A stretch of 64,000 nt of DNA from Candidatus Bathyarchaeota archaeon (GTDB lineage Archaea > Thermoproteota > Bathyarchaeia > Bathyarchaeales > Bathyarchaeaceae): NCBI GenBank assembly GCA_963697165.1, contig CAVOMX010000017.1, positions 24,343 through 88,342 of the forward strand, read 5' to 3'. The notes under the pieces were generated by a model. That model did no database searches. It was not told where the DNA came from and saw only the letters and a list, made by a program, of their open reading frames with translations. The position numbers and the translations under genes were made by a program. This document shows, one piece after another, positions 42,004-53,654 of the stretch (positions are counted from its first letter, which is position 1; the number at the start of each line of letters is the position of its first letter).

Positions 42004-43016
42004 ATGAAGAAATATTACGGAATAATCCTCATCGCAATTATAATCACTGGAATTGGTATAGCCGCATGGGCACTAAATGCACCACAAGACAAAGCGATAC
42101 TGATAGTTTCCACAACAACTAGTTTCTATGAAACAGGGCTTCTAGATGTACTCGACGCCAAATTTGAAGAAAAATATCCTAGTATCAACGTTACTTTTAT
42201 CTCACAAGGAACGGGCTTAGCAATAGAAACAGCAAAACGATGGTGATGCTGACATGATTCTTGTTCATGACGCTGCCCGAGAGAAAGCGTTTCTTGAAGA
42301 GGGTTACGGAGTTAACAGAAAAATCGTGGCTTACAACTTCTTCGTTATTGTTGGTCCAGAAGATGACCCTGCTAACATACAAGGACTTGACCCTGTTGAA
42401 GCTCTGTTAACAATAAAAGCTGCTGGCGAAGCAGGTGATGCAGTATGGGTCTCCAGAGGAGACGACTCAGGTACACATGCAATGGAGAAAAGACTCTGGA
42501 TTGCTGGTGGCGAAGATGTAGCAGAACTAAGAGAAGACAGACTGGTACTTAGAACGAGGAGCAGGCATGACTGCGACATTGTCATTAGCGAACGAAAAGA
42601 GAGCATACACAATATGTGATATGGGAAGCTATCTAAATAACTACGTTTCTGGAAACATTGACTTGGTAATTTTGGTTGAAGCTGGACAGGCCACATTAAA
42701 TGTTTACAGTGCAATAGCATGTGACCCACAGAATTCCGGTTTGTCTCATGTAAAATTTGATGAGGCAATGAAGTTCATCGATTTCCTTGTGTCAGACGAA
42801 GTTCAAGAGATATTCGCTGATTTTGGCGTTGACACATTTAATCAAGCATTGTTTAATCCAGCAGTTAAACTTCTTACAGAAAACACTGACCCTACAGTAG
42901 CAGGTTGGATTAAAGACGCCGCATTTATAGATGGAACAGAGTGCCCAGCAAATAAACGTTACAATGCGGGTAACCTATCGTTCGTAAATTCTGTTATTAT
43001 CCCTTTACTAAAATGA
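42004..43016 (+). CDS. tupA: Tungstate ABC transporter substrate-binding protein, frameshifted
   Basis: STTTS..TGLLD, GTG.A, VHD, SRGDDSGTH motifs. Confidence 0.9.
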
Positions 43017-43027
43017 GCGATTCTTAA

Positions 43028-43712
43028 GTGACAAGTCAAATAGTTGATGGAATAATCAAAGCATTCCAACTCATTTTTTCTCTTGACCCAGAAATTTACG
43101 GCATAGTTTTTCGATCACTATATGTATCTGGATTGGCAGTAGCTATGGCTACACTTTGGAGCATCCCAATCGCAGCAATATTGGGTTTGAAAAATTTTCG
43201 AGGAAGACGTTTCTGAAGGGTTCGTTTAACGCTTTTATTGGATTTCCAACAGTTGTACTTGGTCTGATACTGTATTTGCTCTTTACACGGCAGGACCATT
43301 GGGATGTTTGGGCTTTTGTATGGTAATTACGGTAAGCTATCGGACAAGCAATTCTAATGACGCCATAATTGTTACGTTTCAACAAGCAGCTATTGAATCC
43401 ATTGACTTTGATCTTAGAGATTTATCTCGGACACTTGGGTCAACCGAAATTCAGGCATCAATTCGCATTCTGCGAGAGGCTTTAGGGGCGTGGCACTTAG
43501 CGATTTTAGCAGGATTCAACAGAGATTTGCAGAGTTAGGTGTTGCTATGATGATAGGGGGTAACGCACAGGATATACTCGAGTTTTAACTACGACAATCG
43601 CGTTGGAAGTTAAACAAAGCGAAATCGAGTTCAGTATTGCCTTAGGTGTCATATTGATTCTTATAGTTTTTACCGTGAGCTTAGTTCTCAATTACTATTG
43701 AGGAGGCGATAA
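43028..43712 (+). CDS. tupB: Tungstate ABC transporter permease, multiply frameshifted
   Basis: FRGR, GFPTVVLGL, GPLG, ELGVAMMIGG, TRVLTTTIALE fragments. Confidence 0.8.
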
Positions 43713-43715
43713 GAC

Positions 43716-44786
43716 ATGTCTACAATTATTGAATTATGTAATGTCTGGAAAAGCTTCGAAAAAATAAACGCACTTCAAGACACCAATTTACATATCTACG
43801 TGGCAAAATTACAACGTTGCTGGGCCAAGTGGATCAGGAAAAACAACACTTTTACGAATAGTTGCAGGGTTAGATAGCCCAACCAAGGAAATGTGTTTTA
43901 TGAACAATACTAAAATTACAGCTGATGAATAAACGTGCTATCCTTCGACAAAAGGCCACGATGGTATTTCAAAAGTCTGTGTTTTTTGATACTACTGTCT
44001 TCAATAACATCGCGTATGGGTTAAAACTTAATGAAGAACTCTCAAAAGAGGAAATTAACCAAAAAATTAGTGAAGCCCTAGCAATGGTTAGACTTGAAGG
44101 TTTTGAAAATCGGTCGCAGCAAAAAAATTGTCCGGTGGAGAACAACAAAGAGTATCTCTAGCTCGAGCAATAGTTCTAGACCGAGAGATTCTACTTTTAG
44201 ATGAACCAACCGTCAACCTTGACCCAAAAAACGTTTCAATAATTGAGGAAACAATCCGTCGGATAACCCAAGAAAGGAAAAAAACTATTGTCTTGGCGAC
44301 ACATAACATGTTTCAGGCCGAGTCCGTTAGCCAAAACATAGCATTACTTCTTGAGGGAACTGTAAAGCAGACAGGAACAAAAAATGAAATCTTTGGAAAA
44401 TCAAACATGTATTTGACAAGTTTTGCACGTCTAGAAAACGTTTTTTCAGGCAACATCAAAAACAAGCAAAGACGGCACTTCACTGATAGAAATCAATCAA
44501 AGTCTAAAAATCGAAGCATCATTCAATCGGTCCGGAAAAGTTACTGTTCATGTGAGACCGGAAGATATTCTGGTTTCAACTGAACCCATAAAATCAAGTG
44601 CACGAAACGTATTCAGAGGACAAATTGTTGGAATCACAGATTTGGGATCCACAGCCAAACTGACTGTTGATGCAGGAAAGAAGTTTAGTGTTCAAATCAC
44701 AAAGAAAGTCATTGACTGAAATGAAACTAAATGTCGGCTCCGAAATCTTTCTCACGTTCAAAGCATCATCCGTTCTAGCCATTTGA
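43716..44786 (+). CDS. tupC: Tungstate ABC transporter ATP-binding protein with TOBE domain, multiply frameshifted
   Basis: SGSGKTT, LSGGEQQR, LLDEPT, SARN and FKAS fragments. Confidence 0.82.
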
Positions 44787-44871
44787 ATATTTCCACTGTG
44801 CAGAACCCAAACAAGTTTTACGCCGCAAACATAAGACCTTACAGAACAAAGGTGGTGGACTAAACAAAATT

Positions 44872-45565
44872 ATGATCAAAGCGGTGATTTTGACCTTGAC
44901 GGAACCCTCGTAAAATTTAACCTTGATGTTAAAGCTTGCAGGACAGAAATCATACAATACCTCACCGAACAGGGTATCCCTCAAGATTTATTCTCAATGA
45001 AAGAAACCGCCTTTGGATATGCTAATGAAAGTAAAAAAATACTTGACAACAAAATCAAACAAAGAACAGAAATTTGATCAGATCAGAAAGACTGTGTTCT
45101 TCTATTGTAGAGAACTTTGAGTTGAAATCTGCCAAAACAACAGAAATGTTTCTAGGTATACCTGAAACCCTAAAAGCCTTGAAAGAGATGAATCTGAAAC
45201 TTGCGTTATGCACTATAAGCGGCGAGAAAGCAGTAGAACACATTCTTAATCGCTTTAATCTTGGACACTTTTTTGATGCAATAATAACACGAGAAAATGT
45301 TTCAGAGGTTAAGCCTCATCCAGCTCACCTAGAAGCGGTATTAAACGCATTGAATGTTCTGCCTCAGAATGCGATGCTGGTGGGAGACAGCATAAAAGAT
45401 ATGATTTGCGCTAACCATATTGATGTTCTCGCTGTAGGGGTAACGACAGGACTTGCTTGTATAGAAGAGCTGATCAGTTCTGGAGCTCATTACATATTCT
45501 CTTCAGCAAATGACGTTCCAAAGTTTATACTGCAACTTAAAAAATCAATAAATGAAACGTTCTGA
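44872..45565 (+). CDS. HAD-superfamily hydrolase, frameshifted
   Basis: DLDGTL, KPHP, VGDS..D. Confidence 0.85.
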
Positions 45566-45859
45566 ATCTCAACCAGTAATATTAACAATCTAGACTTTGA
45601 TACCATACGTCATTAATTTGAAGAAATGCCTCACGTTCAAGTATGTCAGCAACTAGAACGTTGGACATTATCTGATAAAATCGATTTCTCATCAACTATC
45701 AAAAACTGGTTGGTCTAACCCACAAATCGTCGATACATGCCATACATGTGAACGATGATGAGGATTTTTTTGAAAATTTCTAAACGAAACTTGGAAAAGC
45801 AGGGTTTGTTCCAGATAGACTCTGTCTTATCTTTTAACAATGAATAACGCTAGATTCAA

Positions 45860-46260
45860 TTAAATGGGTCTAAAGAAGTATCTGCTCCATGCAGGCCATT
45901 GAGCCGAAGTTGATGTGTTGAAGCAAATTTTTAGTTCCATTCCAACTTTGAGCTTTTCAGGTGTCACATTACTAATCATTCCGGGTAAACGAAGACCACT
46001 CTTAAACTCAACAATGCCAACATTGTATGGTGTCATAGACTGAAACTGTTCTGGCGCAACATGGATAATTGTGTAGCTAAGCAGATTTCCTAGCACCTTC
46101 AAGTTCAATCCACTTTAGATTTGTAGAAAGGCACTTGGTACACATTGGTTTTGGCGGCAGAAGTATCATTTCCGCATTCACTGCACTTGGCGGCCATTAG
46201 CCTATTTTCACCTACAAACTTGTAGAAACTTGATATTGTGAATGGACGTTCGTCAGACAT
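45860..46260 (-). CDS. DUF35 Zn-ribbon/OB-fold protein (thiolase partner), frameshifted
   Basis: CSECG...PPKPMCTKC plus OB-fold YTIIHVAP..PY. Confidence 0.9.
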
Positions 46261-46262
46261 CT

Positions 46263-47436
46263 TTAATCTCTCCTGTAAATATGTACGCTAGCTGTAGCTC
46301 CAGAGCCACCAACATTATGACTTAAACCGATTTCGGCTCCATCAACTTGCCTCTTTTGAGCCTGTCCTGTCAGTTGTAAATAGATTTCGTATGCTTGAGC
46401 TGTTCCAGTTGCCCCAACAGGATGCCCCTTTGATTTTAGTCCTCCACTCGGGTTTACGGGAAGCTTGCTTCCAAGTTCAGTTACCCCTTCTTGTATCAGG
46501 TTTCCGCCTTTTCCAGAACCACAGAAACCTAGGTCTTCGTATGCTAGTATTTCGGCTATAGTGAAGCAGTCATGAACTTCTGCAACATCCAAATCTTTGG
46601 GTTCTACGCCCGCCATCTTGTAGGCTTCTTGTCCTGCAAGTCTTGCAGCTTTAAGCGAAGTGAGCGATTCTCTTTCGTACAGTCCAATTGTGTCGCTGGC
46701 CTGTCCAGAACCAACTATGTGAACGGGTGTGTCAGTGAATTTTTTTGCAAGGTCAGGATGTGTTAAAATTATGCAACTTGCTCCGTCAGTTATCAGGGAA
46801 CAATCATACAGTTTCAGAGGCCATGCAACAACCTTTGAGGCCAATGCTTTTTCTAAAGTTATTTCTTTTTGCATGTGAGCTTTCGGATTTAAGGTTCCGT
46901 TGTGATGGTTCTTTACCGCCACTTGGGCCATCTGCTCTTCAGTTGTGCCGTATTTGTGCATGTGAGCAGTAGCCATGAGGGCATACAGTGCAGGAAAAGT
47001 TATTCCATTCCATTGTTCAAAGGGCATGTCCGAGGCCATAGCCAGAAACTCTGTTACTTCAGCTGTTGTGCGGTGAGTCATTTTTTCTACCCCGCCAACC
47101 ATGACGACCTTGTGTAGACCAGAAAGTATTGCCAGAATTCCGATTCTTAGGGCGGATCCGGACGAGGCACATGCAGATTCAATTCTTATTGCAGGTTTTG
47201 GGAGTAAACCAGTCCAGTCGGCTAATGTGGGTCCTGTGTGTCCTTGATGTTCATAGGATTCGCCCATGTGACCCACGAATAGGGCTTCAATGTCTTTTAT
47301 TGGATCCAGATTAGGACATCTATCAAATGATTCTTTGGTTGCTTCTACAAAAATTTCTCTGCATAGCACTTTCTTCGTGGCGTCCAAACTTGGATAATCC
47401 TGCGGATACGATTGAAACTAATGGTTTACTTGCCAA
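46263..47436 (-). CDS. Archaeal thiolase (acetyl-CoA acetyltransferase family), N-terminal frameshift
   Basis: ESACASS, KNH, EVHDCF, SGGLKSKGHPVGATG, HNVGG. Confidence 0.93.
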
Positions 47437-47645
47437 TCACGGGACCTCCTGTAGAGAGTGCTTCATAGCAGTTAGTAAAGGTTGCTTGAAATAATTATTT
47501 AACGTAGTTACCGGGAGAACCCTGTGCCAACTCATCTTTTTTTCTAGTTGATGTAATTTTACATTCTAGCCGACATTAATTTTGAAACATTACGAAAATG
47601 TTATCAAGTATTCTACATTTTTGGTATAATAGAGGTTATGGAATT

Positions 47646-47930
47646 ATGTTGTCAGAAAGGCCGATTAAAATCGAAAAAGTTGGAAAAAAATTTACTGACC
47701 GAGAAATTTTGAGACTAGCAATAATTGCCGAGTTGGATGCTGTGAGTTTGTATGAGCAGTTAGCTGAGTCAACAGAGAATAAAGCGATTCGCGAAGTTCT
47801 GTTAGATGTAGCTAAAGAGGAAAAGACTCATGTGGGCGAATTCCAGACTTTGCTGCTAAGAGAAGACAAAGAACAAGTTGAAGAACTAAAACATGGAAAA
47901 GAAGAGGTTGAAAAAGAGCTGGGGCTCTAA
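47646..47930 (+). CDS. Small ferritin-like protein (encapsulin-cargo Flp/EncFtn type)
   Basis: AELDAVSLYEQ and EEKTHVGEF diiron motifs. Confidence 0.85.
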   Translation: MLSERPIKIEKVGKKFTDREILRLAIIAELDAVSLYEQLAESTENKAIREVLLDVAKEEKTHVGEFQTLLLREDKEQVEELKHGKEEVEKELGL

Positions 47931-48007
47931 GTTCATAGATGGGATTACCCACTTTTTTGGGTATATTTCCCGAGGGTTTAAATTAATGATTGTCGTAAAC
48001 GGTTGAT

Positions 48008-48633
48008 ATGAGTTCCAGTAAATTTCGCAAACGTAGACAACGTAAAAATAAAAGCAACAGTAAAAAGATATTATTGATTGTTGCTTTGTTGGCTGTTGCT
48101 GTAACGATTATTGTGGGGTATAGCATGTTAGGCAATAACACTTCAGACGAGAATAATCCAGAAGAAATAACTTCAATGAAGGTTCTTCTTGAAACAAGTA
48201 TGGGAAACATCACGATACAGTTACGCGATGACATGCCAATAACAACAGAGAATTTCAAGAATCTGGTTCAGCAAGGCGTGTATGATAGCACAATATTTCA
48301 CAGAGTGATTTCTGACTTTATGATTCAGGGCGGAGACCCTAATGGGAATGGAATGTCAGATGATGGAATACCAACAATTCTGATGAAGTTCATGGACAAC
48401 AACAGGAATAACAGGGGAACAATAGCCATGGCAAATAGCAGGCGCAAACACAGGAAGCAGCCAGTTCTTCATTAATGTTGTAAACAACAATTACCTTGAC
48501 AAATGCGCATCCAGTTTTTGGGGACAGTAATAGCGGGAATGGATGTTGTTGACCCATCTCAAACGTAGAAACAGACACAAACGACCACCCAATAGACGCA
48601 GTTACAATAATCAGGGCATAGCTTATTGACTAA
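48008..48633 (+). CDS. Membrane-anchored cyclophilin-type peptidyl-prolyl isomerase, frameshifted
   Basis: FHRVISDFMIQGGDP, GTIAMAN, SQFFIN, HPVFG. Confidence 0.88.
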
Positions 48634-48651
48634 AACGGGCAACTTTGGGGC

Positions 48652-49404
48652 TCAATCATTACCTTGCCGAGTTGGCGTAGAAAAGAAAACTAAGCCTCCA
48701 AATTGGCTGATTCTGTTACCTGCCGGAGTTTCCGCGTTGACTACTCTTGTTTTGACTTTTTTGTTCTTTGATATCTGCAGTAATCGGTGAATTCTGTTCT
48801 TTTGTTTGCTGTCGGCTAGATACTTGTCCGTAAGCAGCAGGTATTCTGTTCTGGATGTTTTGTTTTTTTCTCGGTTATAGATCGTGTCTTCGATTTCTTT
48901 TAACGCATATAGGACAACCGAGTTGTTGATGTTGCCGTAAAGATGCTTCTCCAAATTGTTAACAACTTGGTCAGATTCTTCAGAAGTTGTTTCTGCAATC
49001 AGATTGGTAAATTCTTTGGTTTTCACTAGTTCAGCCACGTTGATGTTGTCATCTGCGGAGCCGACTAGCTCAGCGAAGTTTGCACGGTTTGGGCTCTTGG
49101 ATTGAATTAGATACCTGTGATGTTTTTGTATGTGTTCCAGAAAGTCTTGGGAATATGTTGTTCTCGCTGGAGATGTAACAACGATACTTCTTACTCCCTC
49201 TTTGAGTACTGGTTTTAGTGCATCAACAACTGATTCATGAAAATTATACAGAACTTTTTCGTCTGTTCTTTTTCCGTCAAGCTCTAACCTAAGAGATATT
49301 TTTACAACATTACTAAATATCTGCCAGAATACCATATGATTGGCTTCAAAACCCATAAGAAGCGCTACTGGGTACCCGCGCCTGTATCGACGTTTACGAT
49401 TCAC
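48652..49404 (-). CDS. Pelota/aRF1 domain 2-3-like protein
   Basis: C-terminal LLLTDKYL...TPAGNRISQFGGLVFF resembles eRF1 domain 3. Confidence 0.55.
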   Translation of the reverse strand: MNRKRRYRRGYPVALLMGFEANHMVFWQIFSNVVKISLRLELDGKRTDEKVLYNFHESVVDALKPVLKEGVRSIVVTSPARTTYSQDFLEHIQKHHRYLIQSKSPNRANFAELVGSADDNINVAELVKTKEFTNLIAETTSEESDQVVNNLEKHLYGNINNSVVLYALKEIEDTIYNREKNKTSRTEYLLLTDKYLADSKQKNRIHRLLQISKNKKVKTRVVNAETPAGNRISQFGGLVFFSTPTRQGND

Positions 49405-49520
49405 TTATGTCACCTAATCATTTACAGGTAAATAGTCTTTGTAATCTTTCTAGGTTTTGACGAAGATTTATATGTCTTAAATGTGAGTAAAAGAAAAATC
49501 ATATTGAGCGTGTAATGATA

Positions 49521-50099
49521 ATGGGCGATAAACTAGCGAATCCAGCTCCTCTGGGACTATTGGGTTTCGGAATGACAACAGTGCTTCTGAACATACACAA
49601 CGCAGGCATATATCCATTAGGCAGCATGATACTGGCTATGGGACTGGTATACGGTGGATTAGCTCAAGTAATTGCTGGGGTTATGGAGTACAAGAAAGGT
49701 AACACTTTTGGTACCCTTGCTTTCAGTTCTTACGGCTTATTCTGGTGGTCCCTCGTTATTTTGCTATTGCTCCCCAACTTTACGTTTCTGTCTCCCGCTG
49801 TTACAACTCCTGACAATACAGCCATGGCAGCATACTTCTTCATGTGGGGGATGTTCACGTTGCTGATGTTCTGTGGTACACTAAAAAGTAATCGTGCAAT
49901 ACAGTTCGTCTTTAGCAGCTTAACTGTGCTGTTCTTCTTGTTGACGATTGTGAGACTGACCGGAAACGCGGATTTACTATTGATTACGGGAATAGAAGGA
50001 ATAATCTGTGGAGCAAGCGCAATCTACACCGGCATAGCTGAAGTCTTGAATGAAGTCTACGGAAGAACAGTTCTGCCATTGTGTCCAGTAAACAAGTAA
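49521..50099 (+). CDS. satP: Acetate uptake transporter (GPR1/FUN34/YaaH)
   Basis: [31 protein letters not shown]. Confidence 0.95.
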   Translation: MGDKLANPAPLGLLGFGMTTVLLNIHNAGIYPLGSMILAMGLVYGGLAQVIAGVMEYKKGNTFGTLAFSSYGLFWWSLVILLLLPNFTFLSPAVTTPDNTAMAAYFFMWGMFTLLMFCGTLKSNRAIQFVFSSLTVLFFLLTIVRLTGNADLLLITGIEGIICGASAIYTGIAEVLNEVYGRTVLPLCPVNK

Positions 50100-50182
50100 A
50101 AACGTTTGTATAGACAACTTTTTTACGGTTTACTCCCTTATTCTTTTTTAATATACCAATCGTCTTCAGGTAGGTTGTAGAT

Positions 50183-50710
50183 GTGGATAGATTCTTGTAC
50201 AAAAAAGAGATTCTGATTGACGACTCTGGATGGGGAGACCTAATCTTGGGCGTAGTAATAGGTGCTCTGAAGCTTCCAGAAGGCAGATATATGGATCGTC
50301 GGATTCCCATTTCATCTTTTCAGCATCCAAATTTCCAGAATAAACGGTATCTGGAAGATGCAGTGAAGATTGCAGAAGAAATGGTGGAGGTTATGCAGCC
50401 TGACGATGAAACCGTTTTCAAGGTCTGTTCTGGATATGTCCTCTCTAGCATACGAGGCTACCTTAGAAAGCGAGGATTCAAAGTTGAAGAAATCGAAGTT
50501 ACGGGAGAACTTCAGGAGATGGTTGAAAGAAGTTTTGCCACTTGGTGCAAAGAGGTGGGAATCGAGTTTGAACGGTTAAATGGAAAAAGAAGCTTCAACA
50601 CTTTTCTGGAATGGGTTGCAGAAAAACCTCAGCTCAGAGAAAACCTTGTGAAGACAGGATGGAAGAGTTGGAACCAACGATGGCGAGAAAGAGCATATAA
50701 CATGAGATAA
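50183..50710 (+). CDS. Hypothetical protein with RNase HII-like N-terminal motif, paralog of 26108-26620
   Basis: ILIDDSGWGDLILGVVI...VCSGY...VTGELQ...KTGW. Confidence 0.65.
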   Translation: MDRFLYKKEILIDDSGWGDLILGVVIGALKLPEGRYMDRRIPISSFQHPNFQNKRYLEDAVKIAEEMVEVMQPDDETVFKVCSGYVLSSIRGYLRKRGFKVEEIEVTGELQEMVERSFATWCKEVGIEFERLNGKRSFNTFLEWVAEKPQLRENLVKTGWKSWNQRWRERAYNMR

Positions 50711-50720
50711 TAAAACTGTT

Positions 50721-51428
50721 TTAATCTATTAGCTGAAAAAGATCTTCACGGATATAGTTTATGAGATCGTCTTTTGTGCATTTACTGAAGAGAGTCACTA
50801 CGCTGTTTCGGGTGATTCCCATCGTAAGCCCACGTTTCTGTGCCTCAAAAACCACATACCAAATCTGGCCATGCAACAGATAATCCTGATAGAGTGGACT
50901 ATCAACAAGATCTGACCCTGCTAGGCACAGTTTCTCGACTCCTGGCAGATCAACTTGATCAAACCATATTAGACGAGTTGCCTGCGGATTTGATTCATGT
51001 AATGTTTTGAGGGTTTCATGAGGAATCTTTGTCTCCACAATCGCTCTTGGTGTTATGAACAGAATCTTGCTGAGCTTGTTAGCCACGTGACTCGATAACA
51101 GCTTTTTGACTCCACGAGCCACAGAAGGTGCCACTACAATAAGGAAGAGCCGGTTCTGGAAGCGGGTTACCCAAAAAAGAGCCTCCTCAGTAACAGCCGC
51201 TTCAATTTGCTTCCGCCTGTAGTAATTTCTCTGCATAAAATCTGCACTGAAAACTCCAGAAACAAGATTCTCTTTTAGTGTAAGGTCAAGAATTTCTGTT
51301 ACCTGAGTTACGGTTTCGCCGTCGCTTGTTTCATAGTTTTCTTCTTCATGGAAGTCCTTCAGTTTTTGAAGCATCAAACCAAAATTGATTTCCTCTTTGA
51401 TTTCGAAGACTTTAGCAGGCAGAACCAT
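50721..51428 (-). CDS. Conserved archaeal hypothetical protein
   Basis: Uninterrupted ORF of about 235 aa; no motif recognised. Confidence 0.65.
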   Translation of the reverse strand: MVLPAKVFEIKEEINFGLMLQKLKDFHEEENYETSDGETVTQVTEILDLTLKENLVSGVFSADFMQRNYYRRKQIEAAVTEEALFWVTRFQNRLFLIVVAPSVARGVKKLLSSHVANKLSKILFITPRAIVETKIPHETLKTLHESNPQATRLIWFDQVDLPGVEKLCLAGSDLVDSPLYQDYLLHGQIWYVVFEAQKRGLTMGITRNSVVTLFSKCTKDDLINYIREDLFQLID

Positions 51429-51568
51429 GTTTCCACTTGCAAACACTTTGTTTTCTAGATTTTAAAGGTTCTGCGAATCCCTATAACAAAACGTTTGTAG
51501 AAAACGAAAAAGTATTATACGTTATGTACAGAATGTTGCAATAAGAGAAAATAGTGGAAAAAAGAGAT

Positions 51569-51757
51569 TTACTTGCGTTTTCTTCTTTTTCGCTTTCCTG
51601 GCGTGTATTGACCGCTATCCCTGCTTAAAATAAAACGTTTGTAGTACGAGCTGCGATTGTCAACTCGTGGAGCAGAAGAGTGTCTTTCCCTTGCTTCTAG
51701 CTTAGGAGTTACAGATCTGACTTTGCCCGCTTTAGATAACGAACCGTGTGATGGTAT
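51569..51757 (-). CDS. rps30e: 30S ribosomal protein S30e (missing from the ORF track; apparent ATA start)
   Basis: Translates PSHGSLSKAGKVRSVTPKL...PRVDNRSSYYKRF. Confidence 0.95.
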   Translation of the reverse strand: MPSHGSLSKAGKVRSVTPKLEARERHSSAPRVDNRSSYYKRFILSRDSGQYTPGKRKRRKRK

Positions 51758-51888
51758 AATCTCACATCCTTTTGATATTTAGTGAAATACTAAAAGCAGA
51801 GATTCTTATAAAGATTCACAATTTGTTTGCTACTAAACATATATCTTTGAGGAGAAACAAGTCTTAACAAGGTACCTGGGGTGAACTT

Positions 51889-52527
51889 GTGAGAGAAGCA
51901 ATAATTTTGGCTGGAGGAGAAGGATGGAGACTTAAACCCGCAACTTGGGTTCCAAAACCACTCTTGAAAATAAACAAGAAAACCTTGATTGACCATCAGA
52001 TAGATTGGCTTCGTTCTCACGATTTTGAGAACATAGTTGTTGCATCCAACAGAGCAGACCTCACAAAAGAGCCAGTTACATATTCAACGGAAGAGGACAG
52101 TTTAGGAACTGGCGGAGCCACAAAAAAAGCCTTTGAGAACATCAAAGGAAATGTTGCTTACGTCATGAACGTGGATGACCTTGTCTTTTATGACCCTAAA
52201 GAGCTCTTTGATTACGCGGGTAAAGGGGCGGGAATACTTTTGGCTAAGCCACAGATACCTTTTGGCAAGGTTACTTTGGCGAATGGCATTGATGTTATTA
52301 GATTTCAGCATAGGGAAACCCTTGACTTCTATGTCAGCACAGGCCATTATGTCTTCAAAAAAAGCGTAGTTGAGAAACTTTTTCCAGAAAAGGGCGACTT
52401 CGAGTTCACTGCCATGCAACGGTTAGCGGACAAGAAGATGCTTCAGGGATACACATACCATGGAATGTGGTTTACGCTCAACACAATGAAGGACCTTCTT
52501 GATGTAAGAAGATTCTTCAAAGAGTAA
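51889..52527 (+). CDS. Sugar-phosphate nucleotidyltransferase family protein
   Basis: AIILAGGEGWRLKP..PKPL, LGTGGA. Confidence 0.92.
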   Translation: MREAIILAGGEGWRLKPATWVPKPLLKINKKTLIDHQIDWLRSHDFENIVVASNRADLTKEPVTYSTEEDSLGTGGATKKAFENIKGNVAYVMNVDDLVFYDPKELFDYAGKGAGILLAKPQIPFGKVTLANGIDVIRFQHRETLDFYVSTGHYVFKKSVVEKLFPEKGDFEFTAMQRLADKKMLQGYTYHGMWFTLNTMKDLLDVRRFFKE

Positions 52528-52538
52528 AGGCACATGGC

Positions 52539-53075
52539 ATGAAAATATTAGCGTTGATTGGCAGTCCCCGACGAGAGGGTAATACTGATCGGCTAGTTGA
52601 GACAGATTCTGGAAGGCAGCAGAACAAAGGGGCACACAACAGAGAAACTATACCTTTATGACTATACCATTTCTCTTTGCACTGATTGTCGTAGCTGCAA
52701 GAAAGGGGATTATGTTTGTTGCATAAATGATGAGATGCAACAGATTTATCCTCTGATGGAAGAGGCGGAGTTGATAATTTTTGGCACACCCATATATTGG
52801 TATGGTCCTACTGCCAAGATGAAGTTGCTTATTGACAGAATGCGTCCCTTCGTCGAAAACAGGAAATTAAGGGACAAAAAGGCTGTTGTTGTGGCACCTT
52901 CAGCAGAAGGACCAATAGCCTGTGATCCGTTGCTTGAAATGTTTCGTAGGATGTTTGAGTATCTGAAGATAGAGATTTGATGGGTAAGGTTCTTGTTAAA
53001 GCCTACGAGAAAGGAGAAATCATAACGAACAAGAAAGAGATGGACAAAGCATACCAGCTTGGTACTTCGCTGTAA
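52539..53075 (+). CDS. Flavodoxin-like / iron-sulfur flavoprotein, frameshifted
   Basis: GSPRREGNT, CTDCRSC...C, GTPIYWY, IDR. Confidence 0.88.
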
Positions 53076-53139
53076 CTATATTTGTGGCCACTTCTTTTTA
53101 TAAACGATAACTGCCAGAAGCATTGTTATCATAATTATT

Positions 53140-53545
53140 GACATGATTAGATTTAGTGGGAGTTCGGGTATTGGCTACGGGTTATCTTGGAATGTTATAT
53201 TGGTTCCATCTGTTGAGCCTGTGATTGTTCCCAACGTTATACTTCTATATTGTTATTTCGTGGGGGTGACCGTAATTGTTGCTTTCGCCTGCACATATAA
53301 TCGCGTCTGATGGGGATACAATATCAAGAAAATTTTGACTTGTAACAGTGTAGCTTCCGTGCAAGTCCGCCGAGATGGTCTTCGCGTGCATGTGTTCCAA
53401 TCATAAGGTGTATGTGTATTATGTTCAAGTTAAAGGTAATCTAATACTGTCTGAAATTCTGATGTGAAGTCGCAGTCTATCAGTACGTTCCTGCTTTGTG
53501 TGTCGATGAAGATGGAGTCGCCTTGTCCAACGTCGTTAAATTGAC
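53140..53545 (-). pseudogene. ComEC/Rec2-type MBL hydrolase remnant
   Basis: Fragments DVGQGDSIFI..VLID, HGS, AGESNNYGHPH with deletions and stops. Confidence 0.75.
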
Positions 53546-53654
53546 TGTAACGTTTGCTCCGTTTTGGGATGACACGGCGGGTATGAAGCAAACGGCTATT
53601 GATACAACAAAAAAACCGTGAGAAAAGCAATATTACCTCTTTTGATGTTATAGA

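Noticed and set aside
42004..44786. Programmed frameshifting in tupABC and other split genes
   Set aside because: Too many indels, at inconsistent sites, without slippery-site logic; assembly error is more parsimonious.
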